64,000 nucleotides of DNA from the human T2T-CHM13v2.0 reference genome, Homo sapiens. The stretch lies in assembly GCF_009914755.1 (NCBI RefSeq), contig NC_060944.1; one strand, given 5' to 3'. Under the pieces are notes generated by a model, which ran no database searches, was not told the DNA's origin, and saw nothing but the letters and a program-made list of their open reading frames with translations. Made by a program: the position numbers and the translations under genes. Below, in pieces: positions 1 to 15,389 of this stretch (positions within the stretch are counted from its first letter, which is position 1; each line of letters opens with the position of its first letter).

Positions 1-236
1 CGATCTCAGCTCACTGCAACCTCTGCCTCCTGGGTTCAAGCAATTCCCCTGTCTCAACTTCCCAAGTAACTGGGACTACAGGCACGCACCACCACACCTG
101 GCTAATGGTTTGTATTTTAGTAGAGATAGGGTTTCACTGTTTTGGCCAGGATGGTCTCGATCTCCTGACCTCGTGATCCGTCCACCTCAGCCTCCCAAAG
201 TGCTGGGATTACAGGCGTGAGCCACTGCACCCGGCC
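1..236 (-). mobile_element. Alu (AluS-like), cut by window edge
   Basis: Antisense Alu consensus ending gccactgcacccggcc. Confidence 0.95.
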
Positions 237-239
237 TCT

Positions 240-1760
240 CCCATATAAATTTTAGGATCAGTATATCAAATTTTATAAAATACTACTGGAATTTTGACTT
301 AATTGCATTGGATACACAGATTAATTAGGCAGAATTGCCATCTCTGTGTTAATTCTTTCTATGCATGAACATGGTTTATCTTTCAATCTGTTTGGTCTAT
401 CTTTTATATTCTTAGATAATTTTATAATTGTACCAACAAAGATGTTTTAGAGCTTTTTGTTAAATCTATTTTTAGATACTTATTTGTTGCTATTACAAAT
501 GGCATAGTTTAAAAAACTTTTGTTTCTAACATTTTTCTTCTATAGACAACTACTGTAGATATTTATGGACTGTTTTATTCATTGTAACAGGTTTTATGGA
601 GATTGCCTTTTTAAAAAAATGGAGACAGTCTTATTGTCTATGAATTATGATTATAGTTTTTCCTTTTGATCTTTATATATAATCTTCTTCTTCTTCTTTT
701 TTTTTTTTTTTTTTGAGGCACTGTCTCACTCTGGAATGCAGTGGCGCGATCCTAGCTCACTGCAGCCTTGAATTCCTGGGGCCAAGCAATCCTCCTGCCT
801 CAGCCACCTGAGTAGCTGGGACCACAGGCATGTGCCACCACACCTGTGATTTTTTTTTTTTTTTTTTTTTTTTTATAGAGATGGGATCTCCCTGTGTTGC
901 CCAGGCTGGTCTGGAACTCCTGGGTGCAGGTAATCCTCCTTCCTCAACCTCCCAAAGTACTGGGATTACAAGTGTGAACCACCAAGCCTGGCCAAGGTTT
1001 TTTTCTTATTAAGACCTCCAATACAGTGTTGCATAGTAGAGCTGGTAGTGGACATTCTTGTCTTGTTGCTCACTTTAAAGAAAATTCTTGGGATTTTTTA
1101 CCATGGAGTCTGATTTTGCAGCAGAATTTGGTCGATACCCCTTAACAGGCTAAATAAGTTTTGGTTTATTTTTAGTTTAAGAGGTTTTATTTTAAAAAAA
1201 TTCTTTAATTAATGTTGTTTTGTCTTTTTTTAATTTGAATAGTTAGCTTTTTAATTTTCTTGCTTACTAATACATTTAATCAACATTGTAACTTTTTCTC
1301 TTAGTTCTGTTTTAGCTGTATTCCATACATTTTCATATGTGGTATATTGTAAATATTTTTTTCCAGTGTGTAGTGCTTGTGCTATACACATTTATTTTTT
1401 AACCCATGAGTTATTCGGAAGTGTTTTTTAATAGCAAATGTATGATTTTTAAAAACTGCTTATTTAAAATTTTTAATTTATAGAATTGTGGTTGAAGAGT
1501 GTGGTCTGTTATATCAATTCTTTGTTATTTTTTGAGACATTGTGGCCTAACATGTTATTAATTTTCATTAAATGTGCTTTGTGTGTCTTAAAAATAATGT
1601 ATTTTCTAATTGTTTGGTGCAGGAATCTGTAATTAGCAATCAGTTGCTAATTGTCTTTCATTTGTCTATCTTTACCAATTTTTGATACTTGATCTTTTAG
1701 CTTCTGGAGATTTGTTAAAATTGTTAAATTGTTAAAATTGTCACTGTGTGGTTGTGGGTT
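240..1760 (-). mobile_element. Ancient L1 (L1M-type) ORF2 remnant, split by an Alu
   Basis: Degenerate antisense ORF2 motifs (aattgcattg, catgaacatgg, ggacattcttgtcttgtt). Confidence 0.65.
697..993 (-). mobile_element. AluJ-like with expanded central T tract
   Basis: Antisense dimeric Alu with a long T run at about 849-874. Confidence 0.95.
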
Positions 1761-2035
1761 TTGTTAATTTTGGTATTACTCACATATGTCATCCAAAATA
1801 ATATACTGGTGGCACTGAATACAATTGGTAGTACTGTGAAAATGATGGAATTTTTTGCATATTTTCTCTTTTATATTAAATTATATATTTTCTCTTTCTT
1901 TTATCTTAATATGCAGAAGAATAGTTTCACCATTATCCGTTTTCAAGCAACCATTTTTTTAAAGGAGAAGAATTTCTTCTGTTTTATTTGATCATTATGA
2001 AATAGGGTGTTAATATTTAGAGCTAAAATGAAAAC

Positions 2036-2343
<308 letters not shown>

Positions 2344-5300
2344 GGAAAGGATTAATTTTATACTTGACGTAGAAAGAATCCAAGCTTTCACAACATTATT
2401 AAATATTTAAAAAGTATATATTTGAAAGCAAAAAAATATTTTTTTTTTAGTGACAAAGATAACAAAAACATTTTGGAGCAACTGAAGTAGCTTGATTTGC
2501 ACAGACTTGTAGTTTAGCAGTTAAATGCTTTTGCCCCTCATGAGGAAATGACAAGCCAAAGGATGGCCACTTGCAGTAACATGTACTCATCCACTAAAGA
2601 TTTGACATGCGGCGGTTCTTCCTCTCAGGATTCATTGGCGATAATGTCATGGTTTTCTTGTCCTTACCACATTCCCAAGAGATGCATAGCCCTGGTCACC
2701 CCTCCTCATCTCCAGGCTTAATAGGTCAATGGGAGGCAGAACTTGGACTACTAATTGAAAGAATGTTTCCCCTGACCAAGCCTTCAAATTAGATTCAGTG
2801 AATTGAAGGGAGTGAGATGATGATTCCTCTTTAAAACTTGTACTTAGTGCATAAGATTCTAATTTTTCTCCCAGAGCAACAGCCACATTAATCTCTTTGA
2901 AACAGAATTTTAAAGCATAATGACATAATTAAGTTAGGGCAACTAAGAGACATGTTTTAGTTAAATTACTGAGATAGTATTTTGTGGTAAAAACATTATG
3001 TGTTTATAGTTCCTCAGAAAGTCCTAAGTTTCATGAAGGCACCTATTGTTGCTGTGAGTTTCCTCATGTTGAAATCAGGTGAAAGGCTAGGCTGTTGTCA
3101 AAATGATTTTACTTCAACACCGTCCATCAGATACTGATTTCAGAGCTGCATAAGATAGGAATTCTTGACTCAGAGCCTATTTTCTTTCCATCTGCAGTTT
3201 GAAAGGGGTTGTTAGAACATTGTCTCCCTTGTGTGTTATCTGTCTTATTCTCACTGACTCAGATTATGGCATTTGCAAGTACAGTAATTAGGACATAAAG
3301 TACTGCAAGTATTTTAACACTTCTTTTACCACGGTAGCCTTACTGTCCAATTTCTGATCCCTTCAGGATTTAAACATCTATCATCAGAGTATTGTGTTGG
3401 TGTATGCTTGCCACTCACAGTCAGCATCACATGAGAGTTTCAGACAGCATTAGTCCAGTTATGCACCCCAAAACTAAAGCTGAAAACATTTGATTTTGTT
3501 GGAACCCTATCTCTGAGTAAGGGCAAGAGAAGGACAAAGGAGTAGTGGAGTGAACATTGATTTTTAGCATCAGTCTTTGGCTTGAAACTTTGCTCAGGGT
3601 CTTACAGACTACGTCACCTTGGTCAGGTTCTTTCTTTTTTGATCCTCAGTTTCCTTGTCTGAAAAAATGGGGCACCAAAGTTCCTATTTTGTAGTTTTGT
3701 CAAGATGATATGAGATTGTATGTGTAAAATATTTAATGTGTAAATGCTCAAAAATGGTAGGTATTATAGTAAGTCTTTTAATGTATGAGAGTGTTTTTTT
3801 CATTGGACGTAAACATTTCTTCAACAGTGCTACTTTTCTTCTTCCTAATTCCTTTTCTCTTGATACTAACTTTTTACTAACTTTTAGTTTTTGCTCTTGG
3901 TATTGATGATGTTTTGTAGGTGCCACCCCAGGAATGCCTGAGTGCTGGCATGAACATGGTTGAGCTAAGGGAAGGTCACTTGTCAGTTTCAGTAACATTT
4001 TACCATTGTGCCGAGAAGAGAGAGGGAGGCTCTGTGTGGTTTGTGTCTGTGTGTGTCTGTGTTTTAAATTCCTTGGCAATAAGATGATACATGTTTTGAG
4101 AATCTATTAAATAGCCCAGAATACAAGGTGACGGATTTTTAAGAGGGCCAGACTTTAGATACACATGAGCCTTCTTTTGTAAAGTTTCAGCCTCTTATCT
4201 TAATACAGTGGAATTTATTACCGACTGGATTTTTTTTCCACCCCCGAAAGATAACCACTGTGGTTCACTGTGCATTTTATCAGTAGCTCCCTCGTGGGTG
4301 AGATTTACAATAGAAGAGCAGACATCTTGGTACTTAGGTTTTTCTCACAGTTTCAAAAATAATTCAAGGTTGTCCTGCCAGAGTGGAGACTAAATCCTAA
4401 TTGTTTGTGCAGTTTTTCTTATTGTATCCAGATGTTGGGCCCCCTTTTATCTTTGGAAACCATTAGCATTCTTGATTCTTTTGGAATGAGCCAAAAAGCA
4501 CAGAACTCCTGATGCCTGAAAATTCATTCAGAACACCCTGCCAGACCACATTTTAGGATATGAAAGTACCAGATCTCAGTATAACTTGAGTGAAGGGCTC
4601 AAGGCCTATATATTTTGGAAGATAGCTACTCCAGTATAGTTATATTGGTAAAAGGAGAGCCAAGAACAGCCATGAGGGAAATACATTTTTCAAGAGAGGG
4701 CAGTAGCATAATGGTAATGAAGAACATAGGAAAGTGAATCACAAACAATATACTTTGGTCCTTAAGCCTAAGAGGCAGATAAATCTTTCTTCATCAGTTA
4801 GTGGAATATATTATTTCTCTGTTGCTCTAAGCTTGCTGTTCTGACCTTCTTTTGTTCAGCAAGAAAATGGAGATACATTTTTAAATATCAATTTAAGTGG
4901 ATCTATAAAGAAAAAGCAGATGATTCTTTTCAAATGTTTATGCTCTATAAATATCAATTTGGAATCAGTATTTGTTTATAATGAATATTTAATACCAACC
5001 AAGAAGCATTTATTAAATAGTCACTATGTGTCATTAACATGTAGAGTATGAAAACCAAATGAGGCATTCACTGCTTTCAGTAACTTATATATTAAAAGGG
5101 GAAGATGACATTTGTCATTATCATTATCTAATACTTATGGCATGTGTACTGTTCTAATTGTTCTAATTCCTTATGTGTATAGAGCATTACTCTAGGCGCT
5201 TCAAATAATAGTATTTGATAATGATGCGACGTAGGAGAAAGGACTTCTACATATGAAGGTAATAATATACTAAGACAAATGCTAGGTAAGTGGTACAGGA

Positions 5301-6097
5301 AAGCGTTAAAGGATTTGTGAAAAGGAAGGCAATGACTCAGATATGCAGGAAGGCTGGGGAAGGATGTTACAGGCAGGTGCAAAGTCAGAAAGGTAGAAAT
5401 GTGTTTTCATTATTCAGGTTGGCTGAAGCAGATGTGGGTGTTGACTGGATTTTGGAAGACTTTGAATTTGAAAGTAAGGAGTTTGAACCTGATTCTCTTG
5501 TTAATAGGGTATCTGAAGACACTTTGACTAGGAAAGTGATAAAATGGAGTTTCAAAAGACTGTAAAAGGTGAGACCAATTAGGAAATTCTTGCAAGAACC
5601 AAGATGTGGACCATTCTCACCTGTGAACATTTTTTATCTTTTTAGATGTGCTGCCACTATTGCTCTAGTTAGTAATCCTTTGAATTTTGGATTTAGCTCT
5701 CTTTGAATTTATATATTTCAGTTCACCAGAATTAAAACAGCTAGAGCACCATTGCCCAGAAATTAAGTCCATTCATATAGAGGCAGTTACTGAAACTGCT
5801 TAACTGGAAGAGTTATTCTGGGCTCCAGGGAACCTTATAACTTATGATTCCAGCAATTCTTAGTGGTTTCAAAGGACATTCAAAGGAATATTTATGGCCG
5901 TACACAGCTACTTGGATAGTAACCAGTGTAATTAAATGAGCTGATACGTGTAAAGCACTTAGGTGCCTGGTAACAAAAACAAAACCCAAAACCACACACT
6001 CATAACAAATGTTAGAAAAAAACAAACCCTGTGATAAGAATTGCACATTAAGGCATACTATTCCAAGCCAGAGGAAAACATTTGCAGGATTACCAGA

Positions 6098-6124
6098 GTT
6101 GTTGTTGTTGTTGTTGTTGTTGTT
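6098..6124. repeat. (GTT)n microsatellite
   Basis: Seen directly; explains the poly-N and poly-L ORFs. Confidence 0.95.
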
Positions 6125-6469
6125 TTTCCTGCAAACATTCATGCATGAAACAGAGAAAAAAAATCAGGCTCTGCCCAGTTCTCTGGTTTGCACAGAATTA
6201 ATTACAATTTAAGTAGAAAAGAGTCATTGTAGGAATTAAGGAAACAGTAGGTTGACCATATTGGTTTACTTAGTGACAGTCTGGAAAATGAAGGTTTGAA
6301 ATTGAAGGTCATGAAGTTTAAGGTCTAGTAGATGGTCATTCCAATGGAACAGTGGGCTTCAGTCTTTGGTCAAGGTCCTTCCCAGTTATGACTACCTAGA
6401 CATTATGTTGTAGTTCATATGAATCCAGAAATAAGAGCAAATAGTTAAGGAAAGGTGTCTTGCTGCTTA

Positions 6470-7370
6470 AAAAAAATTGAGTTACTGACATATAATTTAC
6501 ACACCATACAATTTATTCATTTAAAGTGTACAGTTTAATGGTTTTTAGTTTATTCACAGAGTTGTGCAACCATCACCACAATCTAATTTTTAAAATTCTA
6601 TCTAATTTTTAAAGTTCTACTTTTTTTTTTTTTTTTTAATTTGGAGACAGGATCTTGGTCTGTTGCCCAGGCTGAAGTGCAGTGGCATGAGCATAGCTTA
6701 CTGCAGTCTTGAACTGGGCTCAAGTGATCCTTCTGCCTTAGCCTCCTGAATAGTTGGGACTACAGGTGTGCACCACTATGCCCAGCTAATTTAAAAAAAA
6801 AATTTTTGTAGAGACAGGGTCTCACTATGTTGCTCAGGCTAGTCTCGAACTCGTGGCCTCAAGCCATCCTCCTGCCTTGGCCACCTGAAGTGCTGGAATT
6901 ACAGGCATGAGCCACCATGCCTGGCCACTATTTTTAAATTGAGATATAATTTATATGTCATAAAATTTGCCATTTTAAAGCATAGAATTCAGTGTTTTTT
7001 TAGGATATTAACAAGGTGTTGCAACTTTAAGCACTATTGAATTCAAGACATTTTTATCATCCCCTCAAAAAACTCTAATCCTGTTAGCAGTCACTTCTCA
7101 TTTGCCTCTCACCCCCAGGCAACCATTAATCTACTTTCTGTCTCTATAGATTTGCCTGTTTTGGACAGTTTATGTAAATGGAATCATATAACATGTGGCC
7201 TTTTGAGAATGGCGTCTTTCATTTTGCATAATGTTTTTGAGGTTTATCCATGTTATAGCATGTATCACTATTTCTTTTTGTTGCTGAATAATATTCCACT
7301 GTATGGATACACTGCATTTTGTTTATCTGTTCATCAGCTGATAGACATTTGGGTTGTTGATTCCTTCTGC
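6470..7370 (-). mobile_element. L1MB-type 3' end, interrupted by an Alu
   Basis: Motifs ttcacagagttgtgcaaccatcacc, ggcaaccattaatctactttctgtctctatagatttgcc and gtaaatggaatcatata. Confidence 0.8.
6621..6926 (-). mobile_element. AluJ-like
   Basis: Antisense dimeric Alu. Confidence 0.95.
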
Positions 7371-8331
7371 TTTTACGTAGCATTTTTCAAAGAAAAATAA
7401 ATGGAAGATACAGTTGCTTATGAATTCACTGCTTTGTCTGTAGGCTTAGACAGATTGTTCATTTAGCTTGACAAATGCTGCTTACAAAGAAAAATAGGCC
7501 AGTCTTAGCATAGGAATTCATGCATTTCCGGCATCAGATAAAAGAATCAGAGCAAGATGTGGTATTTTCAAGGCTTGATTTCTCTCTTCAGTCCATTCTT
7601 TCTACGGCTTTAGGTTTCTTGTATTATCATTCAGCTGAACATCTTTATTTCTTGGGATACATCTGAAAAAATATGCTAGCTCAAGTTAAAACAAAAAACC
7701 CACAAGCTAGCTGAAGCCCTGGGGGACAGCATGGCCTTTAATCAGCTTGGAATGATTCTCTTACACTTTTCAACCTGACAAGCTGCTGTCCAGCACACTT
7801 GATCATCTATCTAGCTAACGGGTGCTGAAAGAAAAGTTCAAAGATAAGGTTACTGGGAAAATTACATTTCCCCACTCTTTCTGCACTTAGTTTAATGGCA
7901 GTTCTAACATGTCAAGAATCTTTATTTTGATTTTAGAGACTGTACAATATGAGATGTAGATCACTAAACTTAAAACCTGACATTTGGCATTCAAGTCCCA
8001 TCCTTGTTGGTTACTAGCTTAGAAATCTGCAAATTTCTCACTTGTAAAAGGGGCATAATAAATAACATATATCTCAAAAGACTCTTTGAGGATTAAGTGA
8101 TATAGTACATTTTCTGGCACTTGATAGATGCCTATTAAGTGTAAGGCTTTTCCCCCTCTACTTTATATGGTGGTCATGCAGTTTGGATGTGCAGTTTGGA
8201 TGAGACCATTATGTGAAAGCACCTAGTAGAAAGCCTGAAATGTAGAAGGTATTTAGTGAATGTTAGTTAAATTTGAACCTAAGTTTCCAAAGAATAGAAC
8301 TCTTTTTTCCAGATTTAGGGGTGTATGTTTA

Positions 8332-8334
<3 letters not shown>

Positions 8335-8366
<32 letters not shown>

Positions 8367-8390
8367 TTATGTTTATGTTTATGTTTATGT
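8335..8390. repeat. Compound microsatellite (TG)n(TATGTT)n
   Basis: Seen directly. Confidence 0.95.
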
Positions 8391-8410
8391 GAGATAGAGA
8401 TACTGAAACT

Positions 8411-9150
8411 GTGTCAGTTAGCTTTTGCTGCATTGTAAACCACCCTAAAATTTAGTGGTTTAAAATAGCCATTTTATTTAACTTGATTCATGATTCTGTA
8501 AGTTGGCAGTTAGGTTGGACTCAGGTAGGCAGGCAATTCTGGTCTGAGCTGGTTAGCTCTGCTCTGTGGTCAGCTGGTGCAATAACAGCTGGGGATGGCT
8601 GATTTATTTGTTGAGACATTTGTTGACTTGGGCCTCTCCACGTAGTATTTCACCATCTAGCAGGCTCAATCAGGTTTATTTATATTATAGTAAAATATAC
8701 AAGACTTTTTTTTTTTTGAGACAGGGTCTTGCTCTGTTACCCAGGCTGGAGTACAGTTGTGCGATCATAGCTCACTGCAGCCTTGACCTCCTGGGCTCAG
8801 GTGATCCTCCTGCCTCAGCCTCCCAAATATTTGAGACCACAGGTGCGTGCCACCACACCCAGCTAATTTTTTTAAAAAATTATTATTTGTAGAGACCAGG
8901 TCTTGCTATGTTGCCCAGGCTGGTCTCGAACTCCTGGGCTCAAGCAGTCTACCCACCTTGGCCTCCAAAGTGGTGGGATTACAAGCATGAGCCACCATGC
9001 CCAGCCTACACAAGAATTTTTAAGTCTCTTCTTGCTGTACATTTGCTATTGTCTCAATGCCCAAAGCAGGTTAGATAGCCAGGCCCAGAGTCATTGTGAG
9101 AGGGAGTAAGGTAAGGATGAAGATACCAAGAGGAAATTGTTGTGGCCATT
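8411..9150. mobile_element. MLT1-family (MaLR) LTR split by an Alu
   Basis: Starts tgtcagttagcttttgctg...aaaccaccctaaaatttagtggtttaaaa, typical of old MLT1 LTRs. Confidence 0.7.
8706..9006 (-). mobile_element. AluJ-like
   Basis: Antisense Alu with degenerate TSD tatacaagac/tacacaagaa. Confidence 0.95.
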
Positions 9151-11744
9151 TTTAAAAACAATTTATCTTAGATACTAATTGTGATAGGAATGCAAATCTG
9201 TTTACTGAGAATTATTATCAGTCTATAAAATCAGACTTAGTACAGGTGCTGCAATGTAATGACAGTGTTATTCACAATAGGAATACTGCTGTCTTCTTCA
9301 TATAAACTTAACATGTCAGTAAAGCACTCTCACACATGAAGAAAGAACCATTATGGTGGAGGCATTTATTTTCTGGAATCACCAAATACAAGGATCAGCT
9401 AATTGTTTTTGAATGTCTGCTGTTTCTTGCCAGTTAAGGTGGCTTCCCCTATCAGTCAGTTCATTCAGTTTTTCACTTTAGTTCCATAAAATATTTCATC
9501 TGCATCTCTAGACGATATCTTTATTACAGTTTGAGTTACCTCTTCCATCTGTTAAACCACCAACAACAAAAAATCCAAAGAATCAGAGATACTCTTGTCA
9601 CTAAAATATTTCTTGAGTCTTAACTATTTTTCACTTTGGTCTTTGCTTTATGCCTGTACACATCTAGTTGTAGCATGTTTTAGATGAGAGGCATCCAGTA
9701 TCATAATCCTACTAGAGATAAGAACTTCTTCTTTTGAATAGTTATTAATAACTGAGCATAAATATGTTTTCATATGCTACTGCCAAGTCATAAAATCACG
9801 GAATTTTTCAAAGCTGCAGGGAACATTAGATATAATCTGGCCCTGTGTCTTCTTTTTGCAGATTGGGAACCTGTGGTTTTACCAAGATCGTGTAGTCAGA
9901 ACCAGAATCTAAATCTTTGAACTGCAGGATAGGGATTACTTTCCATTTTTTTTTATTGTGGTAAAATATACATAACATAAAATTTGAGGAGAGGAATTTT
10001 TCCGTTCTTCTGTCTCCAAAATCAACTTTAGCTTTTTGGCAATCTGATAAATGTAACATTTTAACTAATCATTTTGCTATAATTAAATTTCTAATACATA
10101 TGTGCATTTTACTTACAGCTTATATCTGAATATGTGGTTAGATAAAAAAAATTCTCTTTTTATTTCACTTTAGTTTTTGGAACTTCGAATTCTAATAAAT
10201 GTCAGGTATAATCAGGTCCCTGGTATTGATATCAGAAGGTAAAAGCAAATACATTTTAGATAGACTTTCTTATTTGTGGATTTTCATTGTTGAAAGAGAC
10301 AAAGAACAGTTGGTGTTTTAACTCCAAAAATTAGAAATTTTTAAGTGGGTTGGTAAGAAAGAAGAACTCAAATATGAGGCAAGCAGATGTTCTCACTTTT
10401 TCATCTGAACAGTGACAGAAATAGACAAATAATTATATTCTCACTTAACAGACATTTCTTTGATTTTTATGACATGGTTTAGAATTAGACCACAGAAATG
10501 TTATCTTTAGTGTTTCATCATCCTTGGTTTAAAGATTCAATTTCTTAAGTCCACCTGTATTGCAACTGAAAGTAATTAATGAAGAACCATAGAAATATAT
10601 TGTTTTATTGTTGGATATAATACATTTTAAAAAAGAATGACGCCCTTATGGTTTTTGTAAATTCCATTGGAGAAAAAGTTTTAAATTACCTGTTATTTCT
10701 GTCCAGAAGTCGCCATTTTTATTGATGAACTCAATTTAGTCATTTATCTGTGCATATATAAAAATGAATGGATGGATGGATAAACAGACGTGAATGACAG
10801 AAATAATGAGACAAGAGAGGTTGGTGCGTGATATATGCAGCTTACTCTCAAATTTTAAGTGTGTATTTCCTAAGAAAGAAGATACCCTCTTTTGTTTGTA
10901 TTTCCTACAAAGGAGTTGCTCTTTTTTGTTACCACAATAAAGTGGTCAAAGACTGATTTTTCCTTTTTATTTCTTGGGACCGTGTCTCACTCTGTCTCCC
11001 AGGCTGGAGTGCAGTTGCATGATCATGGCTCTAACATCATACCTAGAGCACACAAAACAAAACACCATATACTTGCTGATTGGTCCTAGCAAATAATGTA
11101 TTTAATTCTTAATTAGTGAGGAGAAAACAGTGTAGTAGGAAACCATTGGCAGTCTGTGGATATGGGCAGATACGGGATTGGCTGCTGTTGAACTTAGCAA
11201 TGGTGATAGTGAGAAAAATGACAAATGTTCTGAGAGGTAGGGTGGCTGGCCTGAAACTGGACTAGGAAGTGTCATGAAATAAGTAAGATTGCATAGACCA
11301 AGGGTGCCTGGAGAGAAACACTTGCTGTTCTTTATCTTCTAGATACCTTCTCATCTACTTCTTAAGGTGCTGAACCTTCTGGTTGTTTTTCCTGATTACT
11401 GTAGGAAAGGGCCGTATAAACCCCTATGTTCATGGAAAGCAATGAAAAATACTTCCTGTATTTCCCTGTATTAGAATACTAATCAGAGGCACAAAGATAC
11501 TTCAACCTTTGAAACAGGTACATTCAGCTAGTTTGATTTTTAAATCATGCCAGGTAAAATTATTCTTTCTGCTCTTGTTACTAATAACTAATAGCTGCTG
11601 TATTCTGCTCTCTTAACGGTTACTGCTACTATGTAACTGCTGATGCTTTTCTCCAGGATGGTTTGAGGCCCCATCTAAGTCCCCTTTTACCAGTCTTCCC
11701 TGACCACACAGCATGCAAGAACTGGGCACATATAATTCTTTTAA

Positions 11745-12087
<343 letters not shown>

Positions 12088-12860
12088 CAGTACTAACTTA
12101 TTTAAAAAAATGTTCATGAGAAGTAAATAAAATCACCAATAGTCCTACTACCAGAGATAAACCCTGTTAACATTTTGGGTATTTTCCCCTAGTTTTTTTT
12201 TTTTCCTATATGTATGATTTTATAGAGTCAAAATCATACTGTATATATAATACTGTATCCTATTTTTTCCTGTAAGTTTATTGTAAGCCATATGTAGATA
12301 GTATTTTTAAAGTTACCTAATATTTCATAGAGTGGATGAATTGTGATTTATTTATGTTTTCTTTTTCATGTATGTTTTTCTCATTATTCCAGTTAGATTA
12401 TGAGATTATCAAAGAAAGTCACCCTACTGTATCATCCCCTCTTCCTACTTAAATGCCTATAGAGAATATTGTATGTGATAGATGCTAAATATTTTTGCTT
12501 GCTTCTGTCTCATTCTAAATATTATAGGAGCTGTTTGCTATGGGAGACTCCAAATGTATTATTTGCAGATTATCAGAATCATTGCATCACCCAAATCTTT
12601 CCATTTAGAAAGAGGGACCCCAGGGAAATTTCTGAATGTATTTTAGGGGAAATCTTAACTCCTCTGGAATTCCATGAGAATTTTTTGGGCAAGGATTTGT
12701 GCATTTTTTGTAGTTTCACTAGATTCTTGAAGGAGTCCTTTATCTAACAGAAATATCCACTGATCCAGAGATTGTAGCCCATCTGGAGATATGTCTATTT
12801 ATTAAACTTACCTAAAATTTAGAATGTTTCTTTTCATTTTTCATTTTTCTTTGTTTTCAG

Positions 12861-13018
12861 GAAGGGATGAGACCATGCAGCCTGCGAAACCATCCTTTCT
12901 TGAATATTTTGAACAAAAAGAAAAGGAAAACCAGATCAACAGCTTTGGCAAGAGTGTACCTGGTCCACTGAAAAATTCTTCAGATTGGAAAATACCACAG
13001 GATGGAGACTACGAGTTT
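12861..13018 (+). CDS. STK4: STK4/MST1 penultimate coding exon (158 nt), about R383-F435: (R)RDETMQPAKPSFLEYFEQKEKENQINSFGKSVPGPLKNSSDWKIPQDGDYEF
   Basis: Acceptor tttttctttgttttcag|GA at 12860/12861 and donor TTT|gtaagt at 13018/13019. Translation matches the recalled MST1 C-terminal linker, including T387 (RRDET) and Y433 (DYEF). Phase 1 in, phase 0 out. Confidence 0.98.
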
Positions 13019-13979
13019 GTAAGTAGTGTTGGAAGTAAATGGTTATGTCTTCAGGGAAAGTTATTTGAAATATCACACATTAGTGCCCAAGCATTTTCTT
13101 GTGCATTTTGAGTCTCCTAAACCATCCCTGACAGTGTCTACTGAGCTGAAGGACAGTATTTTGACTGATGTTTGGGCAGTTCTCTGGTCCCTGATTAGTG
13201 GCATCTTTTTCGCTTTCGAAGTCCATATTCAGTTTTTATTTTTGTCCAGTTAGAAATTGTTCATGGTGAGAGAAGTATTCAATCATCAAATGAAATTGCA
13301 ACTGTCTTTAATAGTTTATTTGGGGTTTTGATTTTATATTTAAGAATTAGATTGGAGGGCAATTGACACTGTTTTGTGGTGTCCTTGTTGTTTTGCTAAC
13401 TATTCTCCTAATTTTAACCCTGCTGAAAGGATTATTCTCAGTTTTTTTCAGAGGATGAATGTATAATTATTCCAGTTTCATATGAAAAACTGGATGTGTT
13501 TTCCTTTCTCTACTGTGGAACATTTTCCCTCAACCATAGACACTTATTAATGTTCATAGGCATTTAAGGAGTAGAGCAATAAAAATTTTGGGAAAAAGTA
13601 AGCTAAGGAGTCTGCATTTTCTTCTTGACTATTACTAGAAAAGATTTTTCTCTTCAGGAGCTTTTTATTTTTACATTCTAAAATTCTGAAGTTTGATCCT
13701 CCATCTGTCATAATTCTGTTGTTTATAAAAGAACTTAGATTGGGCATTGGGCTTGAATTCTGGTAGGCCTGTCTAGTTCTGGCTTTCCACTATACTACTG
13801 ACTGGCCTAGAGGAAATGACGCCATTCTTCCATAACTTAATTTCTACTTTTATAAAATGGCAGGAATATCACAGTTTATACAACTAATGGTAGAGATCCT
13901 TTGAGGACCAGAATAACTCATCTGAGGTAAATTAACTGATTAGTCACTGAACCCATGATAGAACCCAGGTTCATTTGTT

Positions 13980-14203
13980 TTATTACCTGTTTGTTCATTT
14001 ACTTACTTATCCAGTGGTTTTTTTTTTTTTTTTGGATGTCATGTGTTTGACACTATTCTAGGGATGTGGTCATTAACAGAACAGCCAAAAACCCATCCCT
14101 CATGGAGGTTTCATTCTAGGCGAAGGAAAATAAGTATTTAGTGTGTTAAATGGTAGCAACTATTGTAAAAAATATAAAGCAAAAGGGAGGTTAGGAGACA
14201 GAA

Positions 14204-14248
<45 letters not shown>

Positions 14249-14620
14249 ATAGTTTTTTAAAAATAAGAGTAGTCAAGGAAGTTCTCACTGGTAAGAAGAT
14301 GAGGATGTGAACTATGTGAATATCTAGAGGAGAGATTTTTAGGCAGCAGGAATAGCAGATGCAAAGATCCTGAGGCAGGGACTTGGCTGGTGTGTTTACA
14401 GAACAACGAAGAAACAGTCTGTTTTGGAATGGCATCAATAGGATGTGCAGCAGGAAATGATATCAGAGATATAATGGAGAGCGAGATAATGCAGGGCTTT
14501 TTGTGTAATAAAAAGGACTTTAGCTTTTACTCTTGAGTGGAATGAAAGACCATTGGAAGGGATGACTTGACCTTATTTATATTTAAAAGGTATTATTCTA
14601 GTTGCTGTATTAATACATTA
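13980..14620 (-). mobile_element. L2 3' fragment containing a (TG)n repeat at about 14207-14247
   Basis: L2 motifs ccctcatggaggtttcattctag, gcaaagatcctgaggcagg and ggactttagcttttactct. Confidence 0.75.
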
Positions 14621-15044
14621 TAGGAGAACTGTAGCGTTTCTGAACACAGGTGCAGTGTTTTTATTTACTATTCAAAGGTGGCAAATTATGGGGCACATCT
14701 GCTACTATTCTCCTCTTCTAGGCCTTTGGCACCCATCTGTTCCACTGAATCAGGGTTCAGCTTCAGAATCCTTCTTAACACAGCACACCAGGCTGCCACT
14801 GCTAATCATAGTAGACTTACGAAATTTGAATTATTGTGCGTCTGTTCCATGTTGCCTGTATAGTTGTCTTCAACATGTGTATAAGGACTGATTTCTCAGT
14901 TTAGCCAGTCTTCAGGCAAAGATGTTTAACTACTGGGTACCAAATCACATCATTATTGTGATAGAATGCTTGAGAATCCTCAAATCTGTAGTACTTCTAA
15001 GCTTAGTTTCCTTGTTTTTAAATGTTTTAGAAGTTAGCGATTTT

Positions 15045-15351
<307 letters not shown>

Positions 15352-15389
15352 TTAGCAATTTTGAAAACCCAGTCACTTTAATCCTTTTT

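Noticed and set aside
6470-7070. Apparent local duplication either side of the Alu at 6621
   Set aside because: Both copies are diverged L1MB 3'-end motifs, best explained by repeat structure rather than a recent duplication.
12824-13111. 95-aa ORF as a standalone gene
   Set aside because: It is the STK4 exon plus intronic read-through on both sides; splice sites bound the real coding part.
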